Shown here: positions 8,582-20,138 of the stretch, piece by piece
Layout: the number at the start of each line of letters is the position of its first letter
Numbering within the stretch: the first letter of the stretch is position 1
Translations under genes and position numbers: made by a program
From: a virus
Taxonomy: Duplodnaviria; Caudoviricetes
Strand: one strand, 5' to 3'
Virus record (IMG/VR): IMGVR_UViG_3300032167_000004
Coordinates: 96,001-160,000 of that record
DNA length: 64,000 bases
The notes under the pieces: model-generated
Told to the model about the DNA's origin: nothing
Seen by the model: the letters and a program-made list of their open reading frames with translations, nothing else
The model's database searches: none

Positions 8582-11458
8582 TTACATAATTTCGTCAATA
8601 TTAGTATCTAACCACATTCCACCAACAGGCATACTGCTATCAGGTTCAACTGCACCAACTGATATAATAGAACTAACATCAGACATATATGCTAAAGTAT
8701 TTATTTCATTAAATGTAAGTTTACCAGACTCATTAATACCTAATTTATCAATAGTATCTTTATTTAAATGATTGTGACGTAAGGTAACAGCATCATCAAT
8801 TTCACTAGTTTCAGATGTAGGGCCACCAATGATACTACTCCATGCAACTGATCCTGCACTACCAGTAATATCAGCAGGCAGTTTACCATCTGCATTTAAT
8901 TTTAAAATTTTATTAGGAACTGCATTATTTACAACTTCATTAATAGAAACAAAATTATTATTTGCATCATTTACAGAAATTGCATCAGTAATACCATAAC
9001 CTTCTAATGTATTAGGTTTGCTCTGAACGCCAGACCATTCAACATTAGTAGCAGTTGCAGCATTACCAGTAATATCAGCAGGTAATTTACCTTCTTCATC
9101 TAACTTAAGAAGTTTACCAGCTTCAGGATTAGAAGAAACGTCTTCAACATTTACAAATGTATTATCAATATGCTCACTGGTATAAGCATCAGTAATACCA
9201 TAACCACTTAATGTAGTAGGAGTATTCTGAACACCAGACCACGGAACTGCAGTTGCAGCTGCAGCAGTATATACTTCATAACCAGCTTCAGAACCTAACT
9301 TAGATTCATCTACAACAAAATACATTTTACCCGTATTTTCAACTTTAACAGTATCACCATTTTGTACATTTAAATTTGTTAAAGAGAAACGAGCAGTATC
9401 AGAAGCTACAACAATACAACGTTCTAAAGCACCATGAGGTAAATTTGCTAATGGGATAATACCATTTAAAATACTTGCAGGTAATTTACCCTCAGTATCT
9501 AATTTAAGAATTTTACTAGGTTCTGCACTATCAACAACATCTGTTACATGAATATATTTTTCATCAGATTCAGTTTTATTATAAGCATCAGTAATACCAT
9601 AACCACTTAATGTGTTAGGAGTGTTCTGAACGCCAGACCATTCAACATTAGTAGCAGTTGCAGCATTACCAGTGATATCAGCAGGTAACTTAGCTTCTTC
9701 ATTTAATTTTAATAATTTACCAGCTTCAGGAGCAGAAACAACTTCAGATTTATTAATGAATGTATTATCAATATGCTCACTGGTATAAGCATCAGTAATA
9801 CCATAACCTTCTAATGTATTAGGTTTGCTCTGAACGCCAGACCATTCAACATTAGTAGCAGTTGCAGCATTACCAGTAATATTTGCAGGAAGTTCACCAT
9901 TTTCATTTAATTTTAATACTTTATTCGGTGTAGGTACACTTACTATATCTACATTAGAAATTGCATCAGTAATACCATAACCACTTAATGTGTTAGGAGT
10001 GTTCTGAACGCCAGACCATTCAACATTAGCTGCACTACCAGTAATATCAGCAGGCAATTTACCTTCACCGTTTAACTTAAGCAGTTTACCTGCTTCAGGA
10101 GTATCAGATACATTGTCAGTAGATACGAAATCAGTAGCACGTTTACCATCAAGAGTTTTTGCATCACCAGTAATATCTGTAGGAAGTTTACCTTCTTCAT
10201 TTAATTTTAACAATTTACCTGCTTCAGGAGTATCAGATACATTGTCAGTAGATACGAAATCAGTAGCACGTTTACCATCAAGAGTTTTTGCATCACCAGT
10301 AATATCAGTAGGTAATTTACCTTGTTCATCTAACTTAAGAAGTTTACCAGCTTCAGCATAATCAGTGATAATATTAGTGTTAACTGCATCAGTGATACCA
10401 TAACCTGCTATAGTTGTAGGTTTATTTGTAATACCAGACCAAGCAACATTAGATGCTGTGCCTGCAGAATATACTTCATAGCCGCCATCTTCATGTAATT
10501 TTGAAACGTCGACTACAAAATACATCATTCCAGTATCATTAACTTTAACAGTATCACCAAGTTGTACATCTTCAGGTGTTAATTCATATCTTGCAGTGTC
10601 ATCAGTAACAACAACACAACGTTCTAAAGCACCATGAGGTAAACTTGCAAGAGGAATTGTACCAGATAAAATAGATGCAGGAATCTGAGCATTATCATCT
10701 AATTTTAAAATTTTACCAGCTTCAGGTACTGAAACAATATCATCATTTTTAACAAATAAATTATCAACCTGAGTGCTAGTATATACGTCTTCAATACCTA
10801 AACTTCCAAGGTCTGTAGGTTTGTCGGGAAGATTTTCCCAACTAATATCAGACATATATGCGATAGGATTAGACTCATAGCGAACCCTATTATCAGCAGT
10901 ATCAAATTTATCGATAACTTCTTTATTTAAATGATTATGTTTAACAGAAACTGCATTATCAATATCTTGAACTGATGAAGTGGGTTTATTTTGTAAATTT
11001 TCCCAAGAAATCTCAGGAATTTCTTCAGATTCGAGTTCAACAGTACGTAAAGTATAATCACCCTGGACTATATTTAAAGTATAACCAGTATCCTTATTAC
11101 CAACGGTGATTAATTCACCAGGATGAACACTAGACTTATTACTGTTTACGAATCTAGTAGCTTCTTCAATAGAGGAGAAAGTTAAATTTTTACCAATTTC
11201 TTGAATAGACTTATCCGATTTGATTATACATAAACTATAATCAGTATCTTGAATATTATTAGAAATGTCACCATTTGCAACAGCAATAATCTGACCAGGA
11301 TATGCATAAGAACCAGGTTCATTAATATATGCTAATACTTCATCTTTATTATTAAAAACACTCGTAGGATCAATAGGAAATGCACCCATTCTAGAATACA
11401 TTTTCAATAATCCTAAAACGAGATTTTCATTTTCATTTATATAAGGAAAATTAGCCAT
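8582..11458 (-). CDS. Tail-fibre-like repeat protein
   Basis: Recurrent KLLKLxxxGKLPADITG, WSGVQNTPNTLSGYGITDA and ADTLDGK fibre repeats; two GALERC modules. Confidence 0.8.
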   Translation of the reverse strand: MANFPYINENENLVLGLLKMYSRMGAFPIDPTSVFNNKDEVLAYINEPGSYAYPGQIIAVANGDISNNIQDTDYSLCIIKSDKSIQEIGKNLTFSSIEEATRFVNSNKSSVHPGELITVGNKDTGYTLNIVQGDYTLRTVELESEEIPEISWENLQNKPTSSVQDIDNAVSVKHNHLNKEVIDKFDTADNRVRYESNPIAYMSDISWENLPDKPTDLGSLGIEDVYTSTQVDNLFVKNDDIVSVPEAGKILKLDDNAQIPASILSGTIPLASLPHGALERCVVVTDDTARYELTPEDVQLGDTVKVNDTGMMYFVVDVSKLHEDGGYEVYSAGTASNVAWSGITNKPTTIAGYGITDAVNTNIITDYAEAGKLLKLDEQGKLPTDITGDAKTLDGKRATDFVSTDNVSDTPEAGKLLKLNEEGKLPTDITGDAKTLDGKRATDFVSTDNVSDTPEAGKLLKLNGEGKLPADITGSAANVEWSGVQNTPNTLSGYGITDAISNVDIVSVPTPNKVLKLNENGELPANITGNAATATNVEWSGVQSKPNTLEGYGITDAYTSEHIDNTFINKSEVVSAPEAGKLLKLNEEAKLPADITGNAATATNVEWSGVQNTPNTLSGYGITDAYNKTESDEKYIHVTDVVDSAEPSKILKLDTEGKLPASILNGIIPLANLPHGALERCIVVASDTARFSLTNLNVQNGDTVKVENTGKMYFVVDESKLGSEAGYEVYTAAAATAVPWSGVQNTPTTLSGYGITDAYTSEHIDNTFVNVEDVSSNPEAGKLLKLDEEGKLPADITGNAATATNVEWSGVQSKPNTLEGYGITDAISVNDANNNFVSINEVVNNAVPNKILKLNADGKLPADITGSAGSVAWSSIIGGPTSETSEIDDAVTLRHNHLNKDTIDKLGINESGKLTFNEINTLAYMSDVSSIISVGAVEPDSSMPVGGMWLDTNIDEIM
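10085..10330. repeat. Near-perfect 129-bp tandem duplication inside fibre gene
   Basis: Same sequence starts at 10085 and 10214 (43-aa unit DITGDAKTLDGKRATDFVSTDNVSDTPEAGKLLKL). Confidence 0.85.
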
Positions 11459-11476
11459 AATTACTTCCTCCTTTCT

Positions 11477-12394
11477 TTAAATTGTAACTTTAAATGTCAT
11501 ATCAGACGGGAAAGGCTGTTCAGGAATAAAACTGTATACCTTATAATCAATGGCAGTAAAATTATTAGCACCTTCAACAGGAACTATAGATTTAGTAAAT
11601 ACTGCTTTAGACTCATCATTACCCATCTCAATATATTCGACACTAGTAACATCTCTAAGGTTTGCAGGATATGCAAAAGTTGCACGAGTCTGACCTTTAA
11701 GAATATTAATAGTAAATGTAGTACCTTCAGTAGCACCATGGTTACTAGAGTTGGTTAAAGTACGAACTGTATTAGATGAATTTGCAGGAGTAGTGACAGT
11801 ATCAGTACCCCAGAAATATTTACGGAAACTAGTATAAGTTATAGGGGTGGAAGTTTTACTACCGGAAGGAATACTACCAGTAGGATAATTTTCACCAAAA
11901 TTATCTTTTTTTATTAAACCTGCAGCATAAGTTGCAGTTGCAGTATAATTTGTAACTCCAGTAATAGTTAAATTTTCAACATAAGAAATAGGAGATACGG
12001 TTGACATTTCAACTTGTACATTATTTTTCTTAATAACAATATTATTTAAAGAACCTGCATCGTTTTTGATAAACTCACCACTAATCATAATGGCTGCATT
12101 AGTACCTTCTTCATAATATCCACCAACTGTACCACTTGATACAGAAATAGAAACAGAAGGAGCGGTATATTTAGGAGGAACACGTACCTGTACCAATTTA
12201 CGAACGATAGAATCAATAGATGTTCCAGCTGCAATAGTATCACCGTTAACAAAGGAGCCAATACCATCTGTATCTAACATAACAGGAATTTCTTCAGCTG
12301 TTTTAACGTTAGCCGTTTTAGTAATTGGATGTAAAACAGTAAATGAACCATCAGATTTTTTAGTTTTCATTAAAAAATCAATAACTTCAGACAT
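11477..12394 (-). CDS. Putative virion/tail accessory beta-rich protein
   Basis: N-terminal KxxDGSFxxxxP motif shared with 56725 and 57227; Thr/Ser-rich. Confidence 0.7.
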   Translation of the reverse strand: MSEVIDFLMKTKKSDGSFTVLHPITKTANVKTAEEIPVMLDTDGIGSFVNGDTIAAGTSIDSIVRKLVQVRVPPKYTAPSVSISVSSGTVGGYYEEGTNAAIMISGEFIKNDAGSLNNIVIKKNNVQVEMSTVSPISYVENLTITGVTNYTATATYAAGLIKKDNFGENYPTGSIPSGSKTSTPITYTSFRKYFWGTDTVTTPANSSNTVRTLTNSSNHGATEGTTFTINILKGQTRATFAYPANLRDVTSVEYIEMGNDESKAVFTKSIVPVEGANNFTAIDYKVYSFIPEQPFPSDMTFKVTI

Positions 12395-12457
12395 AATTAT
12401 ATTTTCACTCCTTTACTATAATTTTATCAATATGTAAATACCGTTAATATATTATTT

Positions 12458-13159
12458 TTACCATATATCATCAGACAGATCAGTGTCAATCCATAGAATA
12501 ACTTCATTGCTGGTAGGATTAGATTTATTAACAGAAACATCTTTCTGTTCATCGATAACAATCTGTTCACCACCATCAATTGAAGTAAGACCTTCAATAG
12601 ACATAATTCCTTCATCTTCAATATCAAATACAAGTCCACCCATTACCAGGTTTGACAAATCAGCACTACCTGTATCTTCAACAATAGGAATTTCGGATTG
12701 ATCAAATAACAGTATAATACCTGTAGTAGTATCAGGATTGATAGGATCATCAGGATCAACAGGGGGAATATCAGGTTCTGTTCCAGGTTTATATCCAGGA
12801 ATTGTGATATAATGGGATGAAAACTCGTCAGGTGTTAACCAAAGTTTAGTAATAGGTTCTCTAGGTCTATATTCTGAAATAACAACAACTTTATCAGCAC
12901 CAGCACCAACAGTATCTGATAACGTAGTTTTATTCCATTTAGATTCATCATATGGACCTGTTACATAATCATCAGTAGCAGTAACAACTCGGATTTCATT
13001 ATTATCAGTATCAATGATAAATGATTTATCACCAGTATTATATATTTTATTTTGATCGTAGATCGAAATATCTCCACTACCAAAAATAAAATTCTTTAAT
13101 AAATTTAATATACCTTGTCTATCTAGAATATTATTATCAATTACAGAAAATCTACCCAT
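12458..13159 (-). CDS. Hypothetical acidic virion-module protein
   Basis: AGGAGGTG RBS; C-terminal LWIDT motif like 8582 and 29035 proteins. Confidence 0.7.
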   Translation of the reverse strand: MGRFSVIDNNILDRQGILNLLKNFIFGSGDISIYDQNKIYNTGDKSFIIDTDNNEIRVVTATDDYVTGPYDESKWNKTTLSDTVGAGADKVVVISEYRPREPITKLWLTPDEFSSHYITIPGYKPGTEPDIPPVDPDDPINPDTTTGIILLFDQSEIPIVEDTGSADLSNLVMGGLVFDIEDEGIMSIEGLTSIDGGEQIVIDEQKDVSVNKSNPTSNEVILWIDTDLSDDIW

Positions 13160-13175
13160 TGTATATCACCTCCTT

Positions 13176-13838
13176 TTATACTTGAACTACTGCAAATAAA
13201 CTATTAAATATAGGTCTTATATTTTTAGTATTTTCAGTAATTTCGCCTGAATAACTAACTAAATAATTTTTAACTTTAAAAGATGTCAATACAAATCCTG
13301 CAATTACCTTACCTTTAGGAACTTTAATAAAATCATCATCTGTTAAATTAAATACCTTATGATTAATCTGATCTATTGATTCTGAAATAACAATAGGATC
13401 AGACGTTGTATCATCATTATAATATATTAATAACTCCATATCTAGTAACAAATTATTTCTTTCACTAGATATTCCTGATTTATTAACAGTAATTGCATCG
13501 ATATCTACATTAAATAATATCTTTTTACAATTATAATAGGGTATAGTTATTGTATTTGTAATATAATTTTTATCAAATTCCATTATAAAAGGTGCATATA
13601 CATCATTATCCATTTCAACATTTATAATATCTCCATAAATAGACATATTATTAGCAATTGATTTAGTTTCTATGATGTGTGACTTAAGTCGTGAATTATA
13701 ATTATATGATATAGTATCACCGGTTTGAGTTTTAACAAGAACTTCACCAGTAAACTTATCAATCATTACTTCTTCATTATACGCATCATCAAATCTATCT
13801 TTAGATAATAGCGAAACACCAAATCTATATTCCGGCAT
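13176..13838 (-). CDS. Hypothetical protein
   Basis: AAGGCGGTG RBS; late-type promoter at 13868-13879. Confidence 0.75.
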   Translation of the reverse strand: MPEYRFGVSLLSKDRFDDAYNEEVMIDKFTGEVLVKTQTGDTISYNYNSRLKSHIIETKSIANNMSIYGDIINVEMDNDVYAPFIMEFDKNYITNTITIPYYNCKKILFNVDIDAITVNKSGISSERNNLLLDMELLIYYNDDTTSDPIVISESIDQINHKVFNLTDDDFIKVPKGKVIAGFVLTSFKVKNYLVSYSGEITENTKNIRPIFNSLFAVVQV

Positions 13839-13867
13839 GTATGTTTACACCGCCTTTCTTTTTTTAT

Positions 13868-13879
13868 TAATATAATGTT
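13868..13879 (-). promoter_or_regulatory. Putative late promoter AACA-N6-TA
   Basis: Minus strand AACATTATATTA. Confidence 0.6.
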
Positions 13880-13880
13880 T

Positions 13881-16508
13881 TTAAGTCTTAAGTATGGTGT
13901 TCGTATCAGGATTTAATAAAATATTATTTTCAGTGATATGTAATATATCAGGATTTAAAAATAGATCATTATCGGTATTAATAAATAATGTTGGATATTT
14001 ATCCACCATAGATTGTGTAATCTGTAAAGTATCGGGATTAATTAATTTAATATAATTCCAGAGATATTCATTAAAAAACTCTTCAATTTCTACTATGATA
14101 TCATCAATTAAATCTGGAATTGTATCCTCAATATCAGGTAAACCGTCCTCGATATCATCAATAATTTCATCAAATATTTTAGAACTGATGTCATCAGTAG
14201 GATAATCATCTCCCCAATCAAGACAATCTAAATTCTTTTGATATATTTCAAGATTTGTTAAGGTAGGTACATCTTTAAGTATAAATATATAAGGTGCCAC
14301 AATTTCTATATTAGATTCATGGAGTCGTAAACCATTTAAATATATATCATACCACTTAAAATCTAACGGTTTATTAATTTTACCAGTTAAATTAACAATA
14401 CCTTTTTTATTTATTCTTCTCTCATAATGTACCATAAAATATTTATTACTATTATATACAAGTGTATATTCATCATTAGGATCCTGTTTCATCATGCCTC
14501 TAATAGCATGAGGACCTGATGCATTATCTGAGAATAAATATCTACGCAACTTCTGAGGAATTAATCTACCATTACGATATAATAAGATATTTTTTCTATC
14601 ATTATTGATTTCTCTATCAATAATAACTTCATTACTACCTTTTACAACTTGTTTAAAACTAACCCTGTTTACATTAATATCTACAGTTTTACCAATATCT
14701 AAAGGATTAATAAATTTAATATAAATTTTTTTATAATTATAAAAATCATTAGATGTTATTTGATAATAACCACCATCAAGATATGCATATAAACTATAAT
14801 CATTTTTAGATAAATAGATATTCTGATCATCCAAAGATTTAGTGGTGACATAAATATCAGACGGTTGAATATATTGATCTTCAGGTATATTAACTTTATG
14901 ATAAGATATATTATCAATTATTTCTATGGATTGTTTATATCTATAATCTACAAATTTTTCTACAGTAATACGACTATTAGAATTTATCATTCTAATAGGA
15001 ATGTATATATAGTAATAACGATTATCATGGAATGTATATAAATCATTGGTTTGATAAGAATCAATTAATATATTAATTTTATCACCTTTTTTATATCTGA
15101 AAGTAAATAAATAACATGTTTCATTAAAGGTGACTCTTTCAGTAGTTTCTTTAATTTCTTTAAAATTATTAGACCTATATCTGTCAGTTAAATCATCTAT
15201 TTCAGATACATCAATATCAAAAGTTGGAATATATCCAATTAATTTATGTAAATAAATTGAATAATAATTACCATTTTTATATATCATATTATTCAACTTA
15301 TTCATCTTATATTTAAGATGATCTAATTTAGAATTAGTCCAATCATCATGATCATATGTCATTGAAATAGGTTTATAATTTTTAATAATATCAGGAATTG
15401 AATTATCAGCATATTTTTCTAATACATTTTTAGTAAATCTATAATATAATGACAATTCATTTTCATACTTAGATCCTATAGATTTTGTATCATCAGCATA
15501 ATATATATAAATAATCATATCATCATCATGACCAGTATATAATTCATATATATTAGGATAATGTAATATTACCTTTGTAGTATGATCAAAGAATACATCA
15601 ATTCCGGATTTTCTAAAAATGATAATATTTTCAATAGGAACAGGCATATCCTTTATAGGTAATTCAAAATACTTAGTACCTGCAGGAATATCTATAGTAT
15701 CGAAATGATTTAATAAAAAAATATTTCTAATATCTGTATGTATATTAGTTAATGCTAATACCTGCTCACTATTAAGTTTTAATTTATTTTCTTCATTTTT
15801 AAAAGCTTTAATAAATTTATATTTATACAATTGTGTATCATCATATGTTATCCATGTAGTAAAATTATTAGTTTCAGATATCATATTAGAATTTTCAAAA
15901 TTTACAATAGGAATACCATTATACTTAGGTACTATTGTATAGTTTCTTATCGTTCCTCGATTAGAATGAAGTGTAGATATATTATGAGCTTTAACAATTA
16001 AAACTGTCATTTTACTATGAGATTCAATCAAATCCCTAATTTCTAATTTAGTAAATCCATCATGTATATATCTTTCACCAGGTTTATGAACAGGACATTG
16101 TTCAAATACTCTAAATGATACAGTAGTAATATTTTCCAACATGTTAATACGATAATTAGTATACATTTCACCATTTATAAAAACAAATATATTATTACTA
16201 AATATATTTGGATTAGAATTGATTTCATCTGGAGTTAATAATTTTTTATAAAATTTTGACTGCTTAAATTTAGTTCTATTTTTATTTGTAATAAATTGTA
16301 AATTTAAATTATATGAGCATTCTGTTTCTGTAAATTTTGTCATATTAGCCATATCAAAATCAAATCTAATCATACCTGAAAGTGATTTTTGTGCATCATA
16401 TAAATTATTAAATATAGATTCTTTTATATCCCATAAAGTCTCATTCAATATTTTAATATTGAATTGATCTTTACCGATAAGTTCATATACGTGCTTATTA
16501 TCAGACAT
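13881..16508 (-). CDS. Large putative virion (baseplate/tail) protein
   Basis: 875-aa ORF with VFINGE / IYLNGL-type repeats; late-type promoter. Confidence 0.65.
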   Translation of the reverse strand: MSDNKHVYELIGKDQFNIKILNETLWDIKESIFNNLYDAQKSLSGMIRFDFDMANMTKFTETECSYNLNLQFITNKNRTKFKQSKFYKKLLTPDEINSNPNIFSNNIFVFINGEMYTNYRINMLENITTVSFRVFEQCPVHKPGERYIHDGFTKLEIRDLIESHSKMTVLIVKAHNISTLHSNRGTIRNYTIVPKYNGIPIVNFENSNMISETNNFTTWITYDDTQLYKYKFIKAFKNEENKLKLNSEQVLALTNIHTDIRNIFLLNHFDTIDIPAGTKYFELPIKDMPVPIENIIIFRKSGIDVFFDHTTKVILHYPNIYELYTGHDDDMIIYIYYADDTKSIGSKYENELSLYYRFTKNVLEKYADNSIPDIIKNYKPISMTYDHDDWTNSKLDHLKYKMNKLNNMIYKNGNYYSIYLHKLIGYIPTFDIDVSEIDDLTDRYRSNNFKEIKETTERVTFNETCYLFTFRYKKGDKINILIDSYQTNDLYTFHDNRYYYIYIPIRMINSNSRITVEKFVDYRYKQSIEIIDNISYHKVNIPEDQYIQPSDIYVTTKSLDDQNIYLSKNDYSLYAYLDGGYYQITSNDFYNYKKIYIKFINPLDIGKTVDINVNRVSFKQVVKGSNEVIIDREINNDRKNILLYRNGRLIPQKLRRYLFSDNASGPHAIRGMMKQDPNDEYTLVYNSNKYFMVHYERRINKKGIVNLTGKINKPLDFKWYDIYLNGLRLHESNIEIVAPYIFILKDVPTLTNLEIYQKNLDCLDWGDDYPTDDISSKIFDEIIDDIEDGLPDIEDTIPDLIDDIIVEIEEFFNEYLWNYIKLINPDTLQITQSMVDKYPTLFINTDNDLFLNPDILHITENNILLNPDTNTILKT

Positions 16509-16548
16509 TTATTTCACTTCCTTTACGTATATATTAAATATCTATTTT

Positions 16549-16560
16549 TATATTAATGTT
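16549..16560 (-). promoter_or_regulatory. Putative late promoter AACA-N6-TA
   Basis: Minus strand AACATTAATATA, identical to 58752-58763. Confidence 0.6.
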
Positions 16561-16603
16561 AAAAAACGTAAAAGATATAGAAAACTGCGATTTGAGTTAA
16601 AAA

Positions 16604-16639
16604 ATAAATGGATTTAGAACTTAGTCTAAATCCATTTAT
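16604..16639 (-). terminator. Terminator hairpin
   Basis: ATAAATGGATTTAGA-6nt-TCTAAATCCATTTAT with minus-strand U-tract. Confidence 0.75.
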
Positions 16640-16642
16640 AAA

Positions 16643-17161
16643 TTATTGTAAGAAGTCATTATTTTCTAAATGCTCCATATATCTATCTTCAATTAATTTA
16701 GCATGATGTTCAGTAATATGATTTTTAAAATCTTGATGTTCATCACAGTAACTATTATAATGAACAATATCAAATAAAACCTGGTCATAACTATCTTTAC
16801 TATGAAGAATACCATGCATTAAATCATCACCAAATGCAAGAATCCGATTTCTAGTATTAACAGCATCTCTTTCATCATCTTTATTTTCAACAAATTCTAT
16901 TTTATCATTCATTTTTTTCATTTCAGTTTTTAAATAGTCAAAATCATTGTTCATCTTATCAATTTTAGTATTAATGTTTTGATTAATAATATCCCCAATT
17001 ATCGTTAAACCTTTTGTTAAAATTTTTTTGATAAAAGTCCAAGGATTTATTTTGATCGGAGTAATCTCAATAAAATATATTAATATTAGACCACCACTAA
17101 TAACAATATTCCTAGTTCCAATTAAGTCATATATATATTTAAATATTTCTTCAAGACTCAT
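16643..17161 (-). CDS. Membrane-anchored coiled-coil protein typical of Firmicutes phage lysis modules
   Basis: N-terminal TM + EITPIKINPW, coiled coil, R.RIL.F.D..H..FKN tail; start moved to ATG 17161 (AAAGGGGG RBS). Confidence 0.65.
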   Translation of the reverse strand: MSLEEIFKYIYDLIGTRNIVISGGLILIYFIEITPIKINPWTFIKKILTKGLTIIGDIINQNINTKIDKMNNDFDYLKTEMKKMNDKIEFVENKDDERDAVNTRNRILAFGDDLMHGILHSKDSYDQVLFDIVHYNSYCDEHQDFKNHITEHHAKLIEDRYMEHLENNDFLQ

Positions 17162-17216
17162 AATTAATAAATACCCCCTTTCTGTATTATTAATCATAAT
17201 TTTAAAGTAAGCTATT

Positions 17217-17228
17217 TATTAATATGTT
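17217..17228 (-). promoter_or_regulatory. Putative late promoter AACA-N6-TA
   Basis: Minus strand AACATATTAATA, just downstream of a terminator. Confidence 0.6.
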
Positions 17229-17238
17229 TAAATGAAAA

Positions 17239-17274
17239 AATAATGGGTATATAGAAAACTATATACCCATTATT
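17239..17274 (-). terminator. Terminator hairpin
   Basis: AATAATGGGTATATAG-AAAA-CTATATACCCATTATT with minus-strand U-tract. Confidence 0.8.
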
Positions 17275-17286
17275 AACTATTTCATG

Positions 17287-20016
17287 TTAATATAAATCCC
17301 AAGTATTGTTACCGTCACTAATATAAGGTGAATATAAATCCCAAGTATTATCACCATTAGAAATATACATCTGATATGCATCATATTCAGAAGTTTCTTT
17401 ATTGAAAATATATACTAAACTTAAAGGCTTCCATATTGCATATAACGTAACTTCAATATTATTATGAGTTACAATATTACATATATCTTCACCATTTTTA
17501 TAAAGTATACCAGTTCCATCAGGTTTCGTATTCCAGCCTACAAATTCATACCCATCTAATATAAATCCATTAGCATTAAGAACTTTACCTGATGAATACG
17601 AACTAGACATATTTTCGGTATAACCAGATTTACTTCCATTACCATCAAAAATAATAGTATAGTTATTTGGTATATATTTTACTGTAAGAGATACATTTTC
17701 AGAACCCATGTTAAATACATATGGATTATATATACTTGTATAAGTCCCTGTCCATTTATCCCAAGTATAACCATTATTAATCTCTGCACTAACTGTAACA
17801 GATTCTTCATAATAATATGAACCACTACCACTCACACTTGAAACAGCACCACTATCAAAATTAATATTTACAATATATCTATTTCTATTATACCATAAAT
17901 CTATTATTCTAGATCCATCAGATAATATTGTAGTTGATATTACAGTTTCATTATCAACAGAACCGTGGTCATATGTAAATCCATCTATTGGTTTTGCTAT
18001 GCTAGATAAATTTATTATGGTATCTGGTGTAGCATATGCAGTATCAGTACTGTGTACATCATATGATAAACCATCAAGTTTTTTAGTATGATATATTACT
18101 TGATATTTTACAGTTGCAAGTTCCCATTGTGCATATAATGTAACTGTTTCACCATCAGTATATGTTAAATTAGATACTGATTGACCGTCTATATATAATG
18201 TACCATTACCATCAGGTCTTGTATTCCAGCCTATAAAATTATAATTAGTTTTTTCATATCCATTAGTATTTAAGTTCTTAGATACATCATATGTCATAGA
18301 CATATCACTTGTTGAACCAGAATCACTACTATTACCATTAAATTTAATAGTGTATGTAATAGGAGTCCACTGAGAATATAATGTTGTGGGTGATGAACTA
18401 GATGGCGTATATGTATTTGATACCAATTGTGATGAAGATTGTGCTTTTGACCATCCTTTAAATATATAACCATTTCTAGTTGATGTAGGTAATGTGACAG
18501 AAGAAATAATTTCTGATTCTACATCATATATAGCATATAATGTGTTATTTCCAGCATTAAATGTACTTTTATCAGTATATACAATTCCTGTTCCATTAGG
18601 ATTAGAATTCCATGATTTGAATTTATATTTGATAGTTTTATTCACAGAATCAGAATCTCTACTAGGAGTACCACCATTACCATCATATGTAATAATAGAA
18701 TAATTTGATGTTACATCATCAGATTTAGTAGCTGTAGGTAATATAATAGAAGATACTGTATCAGATTCTATATTAAATATAGCAAATAATGTAATATTAT
18801 CATGTATATCATCAGTATTTAAACTACCACTATATGAAATTCCATAACCATCAGATGAACTGTTCCATGAATTATGTATATACTTAATAGTTCTGGTAAT
18901 ACTATCAGAATCTCTACTAGGAGTACCACCATTACCATCATATGTAATAATAGAATAATTTGATGTTACATCATCAGATTTAGTAGCTGTAGGTAATACT
19001 AATGTTGTAGGTGATGAACTTTCTGAGTCATTCCATATAGCATATACTGTAGTATTATCAGTAAATATTGATGTATTATCATATTGTATACCATTGCCAT
19101 TGGGATCAGAATTCCAATGATCGAAAGTATAAATAATAGTTTTATTAACGGTATCAGATATTTTAGATACAATACCACCATTGTTGTTATATATAATACT
19201 ATAAGTATTATACTTATTAGATTTAGTAGGTTTAGATAAAGAACTTAATTCATTATTTGAATATTCAATTGATACGGTATTAGATTGTGTTGCAGTTAAT
19301 GTGGTTGATGAATTACGGCTATATTGTGTATACCACATTGTATTATCAGTATCACGCCATCCGTTAAATGTGTAAGACGTTTTATTAATTTTCATTGCAG
19401 TGATTGAAGTATTATTATCACCACTATTAGCATCACCTGTTATAGTGAACGAACGAATATTAACACTTGTAGGATTTTTATAAGGTTGGGGTAATTCAAC
19501 ATAACTTTGATTAGTCCATTTTGTTATATCAGGATCTCTCGGTGGACAGTAATCCCAAGAATATCCACCACTATCAAAATAAAGTACATATCCAATATTT
19601 TCATTAGATCCTCCACCAGAATCACCACCATCATCGTCGTCATCATCAGATGTTTTAACACTTTTACTTGTTCCATCACTAATGCTATATTGTGCAGTGC
19701 TTGGGCTTGTAACGCCAAACCATGCACTATATGAATTTTTATGAAATGATATTGTCACCGTACTAGTTGTATCACAACTTCCTGATACACCTAATGAATA
19801 ATAATCATTAAGACTACTTGGATAATATTGTTGACCACCGCTGTCTATAGTAATACCATTTAATTTAATATATCCGTCTATAACACGGTTAGTTGCCCAT
19901 TCTTCTGTTAATACAGATACATCATCTACATAAAAAGTGGAACTATTATAATGGTAATCAACTCTAACTGTAGCCCAAGATCTATTTGTATCAAAATATA
20001 GAGAACCACTAGGCAT
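17287..20016 (-). CDS. InlB B-repeat (Listeria-Bacteroides repeat) virion protein
   Basis: Multiple GY.F.GW...TLYA.W units; acidic DDDDDDGGDSGG linker. Confidence 0.8.
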   Translation of the reverse strand: MPSGSLYFDTNRSWATVRVDYHYNSSTFYVDDVSVLTEEWATNRVIDGYIKLNGITIDSGGQQYYPSSLNDYYSLGVSGSCDTTSTVTISFHKNSYSAWFGVTSPSTAQYSISDGTSKSVKTSDDDDDDGGDSGGGSNENIGYVLYFDSGGYSWDYCPPRDPDITKWTNQSYVELPQPYKNPTSVNIRSFTITGDANSGDNNTSITAMKINKTSYTFNGWRDTDNTMWYTQYSRNSSTTLTATQSNTVSIEYSNNELSSLSKPTKSNKYNTYSIIYNNNGGIVSKISDTVNKTIIYTFDHWNSDPNGNGIQYDNTSIFTDNTTVYAIWNDSESSSPTTLVLPTATKSDDVTSNYSIITYDGNGGTPSRDSDSITRTIKYIHNSWNSSSDGYGISYSGSLNTDDIHDNITLFAIFNIESDTVSSIILPTATKSDDVTSNYSIITYDGNGGTPSRDSDSVNKTIKYKFKSWNSNPNGTGIVYTDKSTFNAGNNTLYAIYDVESEIISSVTLPTSTRNGYIFKGWSKAQSSSQLVSNTYTPSSSSPTTLYSQWTPITYTIKFNGNSSDSGSTSDMSMTYDVSKNLNTNGYEKTNYNFIGWNTRPDGNGTLYIDGQSVSNLTYTDGETVTLYAQWELATVKYQVIYHTKKLDGLSYDVHSTDTAYATPDTIINLSSIAKPIDGFTYDHGSVDNETVISTTILSDGSRIIDLWYNRNRYIVNINFDSGAVSSVSGSGSYYYEESVTVSAEINNGYTWDKWTGTYTSIYNPYVFNMGSENVSLTVKYIPNNYTIIFDGNGSKSGYTENMSSSYSSGKVLNANGFILDGYEFVGWNTKPDGTGILYKNGEDICNIVTHNNIEVTLYAIWKPLSLVYIFNKETSEYDAYQMYISNGDNTWDLYSPYISDGNNTWDLY
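18649..18998. repeat. 95-bp perfect direct repeat, 255 bp apart
   Basis: 18649-18743 = 18904-18998. Confidence 0.85.
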
Positions 20017-20094
20017 ATATTATTCCCCCTTTAAATATTAGTTATTATGAATGGGAAAATCTAAAATTATTTTTTATATTTTATAACATATTTA

Positions 20095-20126
20095 AATTGG
20101 GTACAATCATATGATTGTACCCAATT
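20095..20126. repeat. 32-bp perfect palindrome in 5' leader
   Basis: AATTGGGTACAATCATATGATTGTACCCAATT. Confidence 0.85.
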
Positions 20127-20138
20127 ATTCCAATATAT